A DNA stretch of 64,000 nt from the NCBI GenBank assembly GCA_018817165.1, contig JAHITY010000072.1:49164-113163 (forward strand). Direction: 5' to 3'. This stretch comes from Candidatus Omnitrophota bacterium (GTDB lineage: Bacteria; Omnitrophota; Gorgyraeia; B26-G9). This document shows positions 48,185 to 56,882 of the stretch, piece after piece (within the stretch, counting starts at the first letter, position 1; each line of letters begins with the position of its first letter). The notes under the pieces are model-generated. The model made no database searches, was not told the DNA's origin, and saw nothing but the letters and a program-made list of their open reading frames with translations. A program made the position numbers and the translations under genes.

Positions 48185-48370
48185 GGCAAAAACACATCTT
48201 TTCGCTAAGCCTGAGCCTGCATCGTGCAGGCCCAGCCGCGCATTCTCACTATTTTGACATCCTTGTCAAAATTACGTTCGAAAGCGCCGCTCAAAGAGAA
48301 TTTTTGCCCAGCGGAGCGACCGTCAGCTATCAACATTGCGAACTTGTGAAAGATGATGGGGAAATTTTTA
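48185..48370 (+). repeat. Dispersed structured repeat family 2, copy A (core 48185..48313 plus conserved tail)
   Basis: Core 'GGCAAAAAcac.tcttttcgctaagcctgaGCCTGCAtcgTGCAGGCccagccgcgc.ttctcactaTTTTGACAtccTTGTCAAAAttacgttcgaaagcgccgctcaaagagaaTTTTTGCCcagcg'. Terminal GGCAAAAA/TTTTTGCC inverted repeat and two internal perfect hairpins. Copies at 55475..55603 (+) and 60184..60312 (-). Confidence 0.65.
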
Positions 48371-48589
48371 AGCTTCTCACAAATTTAGGTAAATACGTTT
48401 TGTATTTTTGGGGACCCTTTAGGGCACGAGGACCTGTATGAGCCCTTGCAAAATAAAAGAAAGGCGTTTACGCCAACTTTAAAGGGCGAGTTCCGCAAGT
48501 GCCAAGAATACAAAGCGGATTTACCGTTATTGATGTTTACATCAATAAAATTTGTGTCAGCGTAAAATTTGCCTGTTATCTTGTTATCA

Positions 48590-48729
48590 ACTTATCCAAG
48601 GCGGTCTAGAATCAATTATTTATGCTCATTCTCGCATTACGTCCTGTAATGCTCCGAGGATGAATCTCTGATTTTGCCGGTCCTGACAAAATCAGGCTTC
48701 AAACCCGCTAAAATAATTATTCTAGCCCT
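48590..48729 (+). repeat. Dispersed structured repeat family 1, copy 2
   Basis: ~90% identical to 8140..8280. Hairpin 1 shows compensatory substitutions (gcTttacA / tgtaaAgc versus gcAttacG / tgtaaTgc). Confidence 0.6.
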
Positions 48730-48844
48730 TTAATAATAAGTTACTAATTACAAATTTTAAGTTTTTGCTTTTTACTATTAGTTATCGACAATCAGCCATT
48801 AGCCCTAAGCTTTTACCTTGTGACCTTTGTCCTTTTTAATCACA

Positions 48845-48873
48845 TTGACCGACAGAAGTTATTTTGTTATAAT
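48845..48873 (+). promoter_or_regulatory. Candidate strong sigma-70 promoter for pilB (extended -10)
   Basis: 'TTGACCgacagaagttattTTGtTATAAT': -35 TTGACC (48845..48850), 17-nt spacer, TG-n-TATAAT (48865..48873), ~50 nt upstream of the pilB ATG. RBS 'aaaggatg'. Confidence 0.45.
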
Positions 48874-48923
48874 CAAATAAAGAAATTATGGACAAAAGGT
48901 AAATCTAAAGGGATGGTCAAAGG

Positions 48924-50642
48924 ATGAGTGTTAATGCCCGTTTTCAGTTTATTACTAATATTTTGGTGGAAAAAGGGATTTTAACCCAAAATAAAGTATC
49001 TGAGTTTCAGGATCGATTTGAGTCAAGTTTTCCAAAAACTCATGAAGAACTTGAAACTTTTATAATCCAAAAAGGACTTGTCAGTGAAAATGATTTGCTG
49101 CTTGCTTATAGCAAACATTTGAATATTCCAATCAAAGATTTAACTCAAATTGAAATTGATCCGCAAGCGATTTCCTTAATCCCGGCAAAATTCGCTAATC
49201 GTAATAAAGTTATTGCTACTGAAAAACAAGGGCTTAATCTTGTGGTAGCAATGCGCAATCCATTTGCTATTCATGTGATTGATGAGCTTAAAGTTTTAAC
49301 AAATTATAAAATCACTTGTGTATTAGCTAGAATTGAAGGGATTGAAACCGCGATTAGAATCCATTATGGGGTTGGCGCAGAGACAGTAGAAACATTGGTT
49401 CTTGCTTCAAAGGAAAATATTCAAGCTGAACAGGCATTATTAAAACAAGGGGCGGAATCGCCTGAAAAAATGGCGGAAAATGCTTCGATTATAAACTATG
49501 TAAATCAGATATTACTTGAAGCTTATCAAAAAAATGCGACGGATATACACATTGAACCTTTTGATAGTAAATTAAGAATTCGCTATCGGATAGATGGAGT
49601 ATTACAGGAAGCTAAGACATCTCCGGATATAAAACAATTGCAGGTGTTTATTATATCCAGGTTGAAAATTATGGCGGGAATTAATATTGCTGAACGCAGA
49701 AGACCTCAGGATGGTAGGTGTAAGGTAAAATTAGCCGGGGAGGATGTAGACCTTAGGCTGTCAACTTTTCCTACTCTTTTTGGTGAAGGCGTAAGCATTC
49801 GTTTATTAAGCAAGAAAATGCTTGATTTTGGAATTAATCAGCTGGGGTTTCCGCAGGAAAGCATAGAAAAACTAAAAGCAATTTTAAAAAAACCAAATGG
49901 GATTATTTTGGTAACCGGACCAACCGGCTGTGGTAAGACAACAACGCTTTATTCTTGTTTGAGTTATATTAATGATACAAAAGTTAATATAATTACTTTG
50001 GAAGACCCGATCGAATATCAGCTTGAAGGGATTAATCAAATCCAGATAAATCCGCAGGTTGATTTGACTTTTGCCACAGGATTGCGGTCAATCCTACGCC
50101 AAGACCCAGATATTATAATGGTGGGGGAAATCCGGGATATTGAAACAGCGCAAATATCTATTCGCGCGGCTTTAACTGGTCATCTTATGTTCAGCACTTT
50201 GCATACAAATGATGCTTTATCATCAATAACCCGATTACTTGATTTAGGCATAGAACCCTACCTGGTAAGCGGAACGGTTAGAGCGGTTATTGCCCAAAGG
50301 TTGGTCAGAAAAATATGCAAACAATGTAAGGTAGAATATAAACCTGAGCGAAATATCCTGGATGCTCTGGGATTTGCCGTGAATACAGATATGATCTTTT
50401 ACAAAGGAACGGGATGCGCTGAATGCAGTGATACGGGATTTAGCGGAAGAATCGGTATTTATGAAATATTGATTGTCGATGAAAAATTAGGAGCTTGTAT
50501 TGTTTCCGGAGGATCGGCTAAACAGTTAAAAGAACAAGCAATTAAAGATAATATGATCAGTTTGAAAATTGATGGCTTAGATAAAGTCAAACAAGGAATA
50601 ACAACTATCGAAGAAGTATTAAGAGTCACGGAACAGGAATAG
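48924..50642 (+). CDS. pilB: Type IV pilus assembly / type II secretion ATPase (GspE/PilB family)
   Basis: 572 aa. N-terminal GspE_N-like domain. Walker A 'VTGPTGCGKTTTLYS', Asp box 'IITLEDPIEY', His box 'MFSTLHTNDA'. Tetracysteine 'CKQCK...CAECSDTG' Zn motif. Confidence 0.9.
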   Translation: MSVNARFQFITNILVEKGILTQNKVSEFQDRFESSFPKTHEELETFIIQKGLVSENDLLLAYSKHLNIPIKDLTQIEIDPQAISLIPAKFANRNKVIATEKQGLNLVVAMRNPFAIHVIDELKVLTNYKITCVLARIEGIETAIRIHYGVGAETVETLVLASKENIQAEQALLKQGAESPEKMAENASIINYVNQILLEAYQKNATDIHIEPFDSKLRIRYRIDGVLQEAKTSPDIKQLQVFIISRLKIMAGINIAERRRPQDGRCKVKLAGEDVDLRLSTFPTLFGEGVSIRLLSKKMLDFGINQLGFPQESIEKLKAILKKPNGIILVTGPTGCGKTTTLYSCLSYINDTKVNIITLEDPIEYQLEGINQIQINPQVDLTFATGLRSILRQDPDIIMVGEIRDIETAQISIRAALTGHLMFSTLHTNDALSSITRLLDLGIEPYLVSGTVRAVIAQRLVRKICKQCKVEYKPERNILDALGFAVNTDMIFYKGTGCAECSDTGFSGRIGIYEILIVDEKLGACIVSGGSAKQLKEQAIKDNMISLKIDGLDKVKQGITTIEEVLRVTEQE

Positions 50643-50913
50643 AAACTGTGATATCCTGAAATAGATTTACATAAAACAGAGAACAGAAAAAAATTACTAA
50701 TTTCTAAACTCTAAATAAACTCCAATTACTAAAGTCAAAAAAAACAAAAAGAAAAATAGAGTAAAAAGTTTGTAAAGTTATAAAGGTTGTATCAGCAGAA
50801 AAATTTGCTGATAATCTTTAGTATAGGGGCTGGAGTAGAAAATTGTCCCCGATACATAAAGGCGGTAGAGGAAACTCTATTAGAACAAAATAACAAAAAT
50901 CGAGAAATAATTA

Positions 50914-52119
50914 ATGGAAAAATTTAAGTATGATGCCCGTGATAAAGCCGGTAATAGTGTAAGCGGAATAGAACAGGCGGCTAATCGCAATCAAGTTTTG
51001 TCTAAACTGCGTCAATCAGGGCTGTTTCCGATAAACATTGAAGAAGTCTCAGGACATAATATAATAATCAAAAAAAACAAACTGCGGCTTAATGATAATG
51101 AAACAGTGTTTTTTACCCGGCAGCTTTCAAATCTTTTAGACGCAGGACTGCCTTTAGCCCAAGCTTTGAATCTCCTGACTAATCAAGCAAATAATCCTAA
51201 AATAAAAAATATATGTTCTAAATTATACACTAAGATTTCTGAAGGCGGGTATCTTTGGGAAGCATTGGGTAAGTATCCGGATGTTTTTTCTCGCGCCTAT
51301 GTCGGAATGGTTCGGGCCGCGGAAATGGGCGGCGATGTGGAAAGTGTGTTTAGCAATCTTGCTGATTTTATTGAACGGAAAAAAGAAGTCAAGGATTCGG
51401 TGATTTCAATGCTTATTTATCCAGTGATTATTTTGCTGGTAGGTATGGGCACGGTAATTTTTTTAATGACATTTATAATCCCGAAAATGGTTTTTATGTT
51501 TCAGGAGGGAGATATAGCCTTACCGGTGATCACAAAGCTTTTGATTGGCGCGAGTATGTTTTTAGCGGATTATTGGATGGGGCTTATTATTTTCGCAATT
51601 TTGATTTTGGGGGGATTGGGGAAAATTTATTCACAAACAAAAAACAAATTAATTCTGGATAATTTTGTTTATAAATTACCTTTAATCGGAGAAATACTGA
51701 GAAAAATAGCATTTGCCCGGTTTTGCTATATTGTCAGTCTTTTATCCGCTAATGGAATGTCAATTCTGGATTGTCTGGATATTAGCCGCGATGTTCTTCC
51801 GAATAAAATGCTCAAAGATTCGGTTGATGCGATAATAAGCCGAGTAAAGAGCGGCAGTTCTTTTTCAGTCAGTATGAAGCAGGAAACTATTTTTCCTCTG
51901 GTTATGGTGGATATGATCGCGGTAGGAGAACAAACCGGACGTTTAGAAAAAACTCTGCGGAAAGTCGCTGATTCGTTTGATAAACAAATAAAAGAAGACC
52001 TAAGGCGGCTGCTGAATGTCTTAGAGCCAATGATAATATTATTTATCGCGTTTATAGTCGGCGCATTGGTCGCGGCTGTGCTGCTTCCGATTTTTCAATT
52101 TAACCTCCAGACATTCTAA
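50914..52119 (+). CDS. pilC: Inner-membrane platform protein (GspF/PilC family)
   Basis: 401 aa. Two T2SSF-like repeats ('FFTRQLSNLLDAGLPLAQAL' and 'FARFCYIVSLLSANGMSILDCL'), 3 TM helices, typical size. Confidence 0.85.
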   Translation: MEKFKYDARDKAGNSVSGIEQAANRNQVLSKLRQSGLFPINIEEVSGHNIIIKKNKLRLNDNETVFFTRQLSNLLDAGLPLAQALNLLTNQANNPKIKNICSKLYTKISEGGYLWEALGKYPDVFSRAYVGMVRAAEMGGDVESVFSNLADFIERKKEVKDSVISMLIYPVIILLVGMGTVIFLMTFIIPKMVFMFQEGDIALPVITKLLIGASMFLADYWMGLIIFAILILGGLGKIYSQTKNKLILDNFVYKLPLIGEILRKIAFARFCYIVSLLSANGMSILDCLDISRDVLPNKMLKDSVDAIISRVKSGSSFSVSMKQETIFPLVMVDMIAVGEQTGRLEKTLRKVADSFDKQIKEDLRRLLNVLEPMIILFIAFIVGALVAAVLLPIFQFNLQTF

Positions 52120-52497
52120 ATGGTAAGTACGGATATGAAGAAGCGGAATAAAAAAGGATTTACTCTCTTAGAAGTAATGCTGGCTTTATCAATTATCAGT
52201 ATTTCTTTAGTGGTTATTATTAATTCTTTTTCTCAGGCAATTGCCGTCAAATCCGCTGTGTCGAATTATACCAAAGCAATGTTTCTTTCGCAAAAAAAGT
52301 TATTCGAGATCAATATTAACAATCTAAGTACAGTAGAAAAACAAGGGAAATTTATACAACCATTTGAACAATTTAATTGGCAGATTAATTCGGATAGCAC
52401 TAATTTTAGTGAATTGGCTAAAGTCGATTTGACTATTGAATGGAATCAACAGGGAAAATCAAAAAATATCCAGGTTTCGGCGATTATGGAGAAATGA
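52120..52497 (+). CDS. Prepilin-type pseudopilin (GspG/H-like)
   Basis: 125 aa. 'KRNKKGFTLLEVMLALSIISISLVVII' = G|FTLLE motif. Start abuts the pilC stop. Confidence 0.7.
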   Translation: MVSTDMKKRNKKGFTLLEVMLALSIISISLVVIINSFSQAIAVKSAVSNYTKAMFLSQKKLFEININNLSTVEKQGKFIQPFEQFNWQINSDSTNFSELAKVDLTIEWNQQGKSKNIQVSAIMEK

Positions 52498-53110
52498 TTT
52501 GCTTAAAAAAAGTAGAGCGTTTAGTTTAATCGAATTGCTTTTAGCAACTGCGATAATGGTGATGATATTCGCGGCAGTATATAGCAGCTTTTCTTTGGGA
52601 ATACGGACTTGGAAAAGAGTTAATATTAAAATCGCGAATAATGCGACTGATCTGCTTATTCCTTTAACCAGACAGTTACGCTGCGCTTATCTTGCTCCAG
52701 GGCAGGATCCTGATTTTGTATTTCAAGGCAGTTTGTCAGCAATTAGCTTTGTGTCAACAGCGGTAATAAATGATGATATCTATAGAGACAATGTTACTGA
52801 TTTGCAAAAAGTTTCATGCCGGATCAGGGCTGATGAGGATACAGGACAAAACGCTTTTATTTATGAATCATATGATATCCTGGGGGAAAATAAGGAAAAT
52901 TTTAAGCAAATTAAATTGTCAAATATGATCAAATCTATTTCTTTTGCTTTTTATGATGGAGAAAAATGGCTAAAAGCTTGGAATTCTACTAAGAATTTAC
53001 CTCAGGCAGTAATGATCAGAGCTGATTTTCAAGAGGGAATTTATCAAGATTCTTTTGAAACAGTGGCTCAAATACATTGCGCGAATAAAGGGGTAATGGA
53101 TGATTTATGA
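52436..53110 (+). CDS. Prepilin-type pseudopilin (GspJ/I-like); the true start is probably the in-frame TTG near 52499 (M/L-LKKSRA|FSLIELLLA)
   Basis: ORF-track start overlaps the previous gene by 60 nt. 'SRAFSLIELLLATAIMVMIFAAVY' is a prepilin N-terminal motif (Ala at -1, Glu+5). Confidence 0.55.
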   Translation: MNGINRENQKISRFRRLWRNDLLKKSRAFSLIELLLATAIMVMIFAAVYSSFSLGIRTWKRVNIKIANNATDLLIPLTRQLRCAYLAPGQDPDFVFQGSLSAISFVSTAVINDDIYRDNVTDLQKVSCRIRADEDTGQNAFIYESYDILGENKENFKQIKLSNMIKSISFAFYDGEKWLKAWNSTKNLPQAVMIRADFQEGIYQDSFETVAQIHCANKGVMDDL

Positions 53111-54081
53111 TTAAAAATTTAACCAGACAAAAGGCCTCGGTTTTAATTATTACATTATTTGTAGTGTTTTTTTTATCAGGGATTGCTTTGAGTATTTCTC
53201 AGGCAATGCGGATCAACGCGAAAATTATCAGCCGACATGTTCAGAATCAAAAGTCTTTAAATATCGCTGAGTCAGCAGTTTTACTGGCGCTGGCTGAACT
53301 TAAAACAGATAAAAAAGATAATAATTATGATGCTTTTCAGGATGGCTGGTATGGGAAATTCCAGGAGCGAGCAAAAATCAAAAGTTTTAAATTTAAAAAC
53401 AACGAGAATAGTGATATTGGTAAATATAGCATTAGTATTTCTGATGAGTCCGCTAGAATGAATATTAATACCATATCAGTTGAGATAATCGGTAATCTTA
53501 TAAATCAATTATCTAAAACTGATAATAGCAAACTTATTCAAGCAGTCGCGGATTACAGAATTGATTTAGGCCAAAAACAAATAGTGAAAAGTGTTTATCA
53601 GCTTTTAAAAATAAAGCTAATCGATAAATCAGTGTTTTGGGGTGAAGATACTAATGATAATAATCAATTGGATCCGTGGGAAGATGATCAAGCGGATAGC
53701 CAGCCTGATGATAATGGAAATAATTTTTTAGATTTAGGGGTAAAGGATTTTTTTACAGTATTTACTGATGGGAAGATAAATTTAAACACTGTATCAGAAA
53801 AAGTTCTTTTAAGTTTGCCGGGGATGACTGAGGAAGGGGCTCAGGCAATTATTAATTTTCGAAAAAACCAGCCTTTTGCGAATGAAAAAGATTTGGAGAA
53901 TATTACTTCGATTGGCAAACAGACAAGTCAGTTTATTATGCGCTGGGGTTCAGTGCGTTCGGATATTTTTAGGATTATTGTAACTGCTCAGGCGATTGAT
54001 GCTAAGAACTATAAGCAGATCATCGCGGTTGTCGACCGTTCCCAGTTGCCGATAAAAATTCTTTATTGGAGAGAAAACTGA
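53107..54081 (+). CDS. GspK-like minor pseudopilin (N-terminal TM, HhH-type motifs)
   Basis: 324 aa. 'ASVLIITLFVVFFLSGIALSISQA' TM. 'INLNTVSEKVLLSLPGMTEEGAQAIINFR' helix-hairpin-helix-like as in GspK. Size and position after pseudopilins. Confidence 0.5.
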   Translation: MIKNLTRQKASVLIITLFVVFFLSGIALSISQAMRINAKIISRHVQNQKSLNIAESAVLLALAELKTDKKDNNYDAFQDGWYGKFQERAKIKSFKFKNNENSDIGKYSISISDESARMNINTISVEIIGNLINQLSKTDNSKLIQAVADYRIDLGQKQIVKSVYQLLKIKLIDKSVFWGEDTNDNNQLDPWEDDQADSQPDDNGNNFLDLGVKDFFTVFTDGKINLNTVSEKVLLSLPGMTEEGAQAIINFRKNQPFANEKDLENITSIGKQTSQFIMRWGSVRSDIFRIIVTAQAIDAKNYKQIIAVVDRSQLPIKILYWREN

Positions 54082-54091
54082 AAAAGCAGGG

Positions 54092-54118
54092 ATTAGCGTG
54101 TAGCGTTTAGCGTTTAGG
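54092..54118 (+). repeat. Post-stop heptamer motif ATTAGCGTGTAGCGTTTAGCGTTTAGG
   Basis: 11 nt after the gspK-like stop. Same family as 38645, 55327 and 60097. Confidence 0.6.
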
Positions 54119-54163
54119 CAAATTAAATTAAGTTAACCGCTAAAAATATAAAAGGATGTTAAT

Positions 54164-55321
54164 ATGATAATACCATGGAAAAATATCTACCGATTTACTG
54201 CTAAATTGCTTAAACAGCCTCAATATGCGATTTGGGTAGCGCTAAAACGCCTGCAGGCATTTTTATCATATTATACCGGGAAAGGGAAAAGTTTTCAGCC
54301 TGAATCAATAACCTTGTTTTTAACCGAGAAATGTAATCTGCGCTGTAAAATGTGCGGGCAATGGGGCGAGAGCGGGGTAACGAAAAATAAAGCTGCTGGC
54401 GATGTTAAAGCAGAACTTGATTTTGAAACTCTCAAGAAGTTCATTGATCAGATAAGCTATTTTAAGCCAAGCATAACTTTATTTGGCGGGGAACCGATGC
54501 TTTATCCCAAATGCGTAGAACTGATAAAGTATATTAAAAATAAAAAAATGCATGTATTAATGATCACTAATGCCGCATTGATCAAGGGGAAAGCCGCGGA
54601 GCTAGTTGAGTCCGGCTTGGATGAGCTGAATGTTTCTTTAGATGGTCCTCGAGATCTGCATGATCAGATTAGAGGATTGCCCGGATTGTTTGAGACAATT
54701 ACTGCGGGGCTAAAAAAAGTTCAGGCATATAAAAAAGCAAAAAAACTTAAATTTCCGTTGATTAATCTGCAATGTACAATTACTAAATATAATTATTTGC
54801 AATTGGAAAAAATGATTGAGGTGGCTGAGGATATTGGGGCTAATTCATTAACTTATCATAATCTGATTTTTGTCAATCAAGATTTAATTGAAAAACAAAA
54901 GGTTTATGATCATCAATTAAAATGCTCATCAGATAATTGGAAAGGGTTTGTTTTTGCCCCGGAAATAGATTCAGATATACTTTATGATAAAATGCAGCTC
55001 ATTTTAAACAGAAAATATTCTTTTAGTGTGGACTTCTACCCTAATCTGAGCAGAGATGGATTGAAGGATTATTATAATAATCCTTCGTATCTGCCGGATG
55101 AATATCCTAAACGTTGTTTGAGTCCATGGGTATGTGCTTATGTTTTTCCCGATGGGGGGGTAAGACCTTGTCTTAATTCTACTTATGCTTTTGGAAATAT
55201 TAACAATGAAAAGTTTAATGCTATCTGGAATAGCCGTAAAGCGGTGGAATATCGCCAAATATTAAAGAAAAATAAATTATTCGCCACATGCATAAGGTGT
55301 ACAGAATTATATAGATATTGA
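54164..55321 (+). CDS. Radical SAM/SPASM-domain protein (second, stand-alone copy)
   Basis: 385 aa. 'EKCNLRCKMCGQWGESG' (CxxxCxxC), 'TLFGGEPML'. C-terminal 'CLSPWVCAYVFPDGGVRPCLNS ... CIRCTELY' auxiliary-cluster cysteines. Confidence 0.8.
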   Translation: MIIPWKNIYRFTAKLLKQPQYAIWVALKRLQAFLSYYTGKGKSFQPESITLFLTEKCNLRCKMCGQWGESGVTKNKAAGDVKAELDFETLKKFIDQISYFKPSITLFGGEPMLYPKCVELIKYIKNKKMHVLMITNAALIKGKAAELVESGLDELNVSLDGPRDLHDQIRGLPGLFETITAGLKKVQAYKKAKKLKFPLINLQCTITKYNYLQLEKMIEVAEDIGANSLTYHNLIFVNQDLIEKQKVYDHQLKCSSDNWKGFVFAPEIDSDILYDKMQLILNRKYSFSVDFYPNLSRDGLKDYYNNPSYLPDEYPKRCLSPWVCAYVFPDGGVRPCLNSTYAFGNINNEKFNAIWNSRKAVEYRQILKKNKLFATCIRCTELYRY

Positions 55322-55326
55322 AAAGC

Positions 55327-55357
55327 AGCGTATAGCGATTAGCGTTTAGCGGTTAGG
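55327..55357 (+). repeat. Post-stop heptamer motif AGCGTATAGCGATTAGCGTTTAGCGGTTAGG
   Basis: 6 nt after the rSAM stop. Confidence 0.6.
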
Positions 55358-55474
55358 GAAATCGAAGGACGAGGGATGATCGCTGCGCTAGGACGCAAAA
55401 GCAGTTATGAGTTACTAGTTAAAAGCAGAAAAGCAAAAAAGCGCTTGGCTTATGTGCAAAGAAATTGTGTGCAT

Positions 55475-55709
55475 GGCAAAAACACGTCTTTTCGCTAAGC
55501 CTGAGCCTGCATCGTGCAGTCTCAGCCGCGCGTTCTCACTATTTTGACTTCCATGTCAAAATTACGTTCGAAAGCGCCGCTCAAAGAGAATTTTTGCCCA
55601 GCGTATTGACTATGGACCATCAGCCATCGACTATTAGCTATAAGTATAGAGAACATAAAGCAGAAAAGCATGAAAAGCGAACTTTGCGAAAGATGATTGG
55701 GAAATTTTA
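55475..55709 (+). repeat. Dispersed structured repeat family 2, copy B (core 55475..55603 plus tail running up to the GT4 start)
   Basis: ~93% identical to copy A across the core. The tail 'gcgaactttgcgaaagatgattgggaaattttaaag' parallels copy A's 'gcgaacttgtgaaagatgatggggaaatttttaag'. Confidence 0.65.
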
Positions 55710-55716
55710 AAGGATA

Positions 55717-56880
55717 TTGATGAAGAAAATAAAAGTTGCTCAGGTCATTACCCGGATGGATTGGGGAGGGTCTCCGGATATCGTGCGGATATTAACTCAA
55801 TATCTGGATAAGAGTAGGTTTGAGGTCAGTTTTATTTGCGGTCCAAGTTCATTTCCTACCGCAAAAACTCAAATTTTCTTTAAAAAAATTAAAGATAATC
55901 TGATCGAGGTAAACAGTTTGCGCCGTGATATAAATCCGATTATTGATTTGATTGGGTTTGTAAAATTGTATTTTATTTTCAAAAAACATAAATTTGATAT
56001 TGTGCATACGCATACAGCTAAGGCGGGAGCTTTGGGCAGATTGGCTGCTTTTTTCGCCGGAGTAAAAGTTATTGTGCATACATCGCATGGTCATAATTTT
56101 TATGGCTACTTTAATCCGCTGATGAGTAAGTTTATTGTTTTGATTGAAAGGTTCCTAAGTAGTTTTACCAGTAAAATAATCGCGTTAACAGAACTTGAAA
56201 AAAAGGATTTGGTTGAGTTTGGCGTTTGCCAGGATGGAAAAATTGAAGTGATTAATACGGTAATAGAAGTAAATGCCGAATTTAAAGAAGATAAATCAAT
56301 AACAGTAAAGCATGATTTAGGTTTTTCCAAAGAAGATATTATTATTGGTATGGTGGGAAGATTGGAGCCGATTAAAGGTTTGGAATGTTTTATTCAAGCC
56401 GCGATAATGATCGCTAAAAAATTTTCCAAAGTTCATTTTGTTCTAGTGGGAGAAGGAAGCCTTAGGGAATCGCTTGAGGCGAATATCGCTGGGCAAAACC
56501 TAAGTAAGCGATTCACCTTTACCGGGTGGCAGGATGATCCATTGTCCTATATGCAGGCAATGGATATGCTGGTTTTGGCATCTTTAAATGAAGCGGTAGG
56601 GCTTGTGCTTATTGAGGCACAAAGCATGGGAGTGCCGGTTATTGCCACAAAGGTCGGTGGGGTGCCGGAAATTGTCAAAGACGGGAAAAGCGGGATATTA
56701 GTTGAGCCTGGTAGTCCGGCGGAATTGGTCGCGGCAATGGAGAAATTAATTAGCAATTCTACCCAACGCCGAGAAATGGGTAAATACGCAAAAAAAAATA
56801 TAAGTGAAAAATATTCAGTTAATGCATTTATTAATAATATCAGTCAAACATATGAACAGTTAATCCAGGCAAAGGATTAG
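55717..56880 (+). CDS. Glycosyltransferase family 4 (paralog of 1144..2247)
   Basis: 387 aa. 'FDIVHTHTAKAGALGRLAAFFAGVKVIVHTSHGH' is near-identical in pattern to 'IDIVHTHGYTATTIGRLTAFFAGVKVIIAHIHST'. 'EAVGLVLIEAQSMGVPVIATKVGGVPEIV' EX7E motif. Confidence 0.85.
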   Translation: MMKKIKVAQVITRMDWGGSPDIVRILTQYLDKSRFEVSFICGPSSFPTAKTQIFFKKIKDNLIEVNSLRRDINPIIDLIGFVKLYFIFKKHKFDIVHTHTAKAGALGRLAAFFAGVKVIVHTSHGHNFYGYFNPLMSKFIVLIERFLSSFTSKIIALTELEKKDLVEFGVCQDGKIEVINTVIEVNAEFKEDKSITVKHDLGFSKEDIIIGMVGRLEPIKGLECFIQAAIMIAKKFSKVHFVLVGEGSLRESLEANIAGQNLSKRFTFTGWQDDPLSYMQAMDMLVLASLNEAVGLVLIEAQSMGVPVIATKVGGVPEIVKDGKSGILVEPGSPAELVAAMEKLISNSTQRREMGKYAKKNISEKYSVNAFINNISQTYEQLIQAKD

Positions 56881-56882
56881 AT

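Noticed and set aside
48058-48441. 127-aa ORF (and the related 81-aa ORF at 55465..55710) sharing a conserved 'KH.FSLSLSLHRA...ITFESAAQREFLPS' segment
   Set aside because: The conserved segment is simply the translation of dispersed repeat family 2. The third repeat copy is inverted and yields no such ORF. There are no RBSs, and the ORF start positions fall in unrelated flanking sequence.
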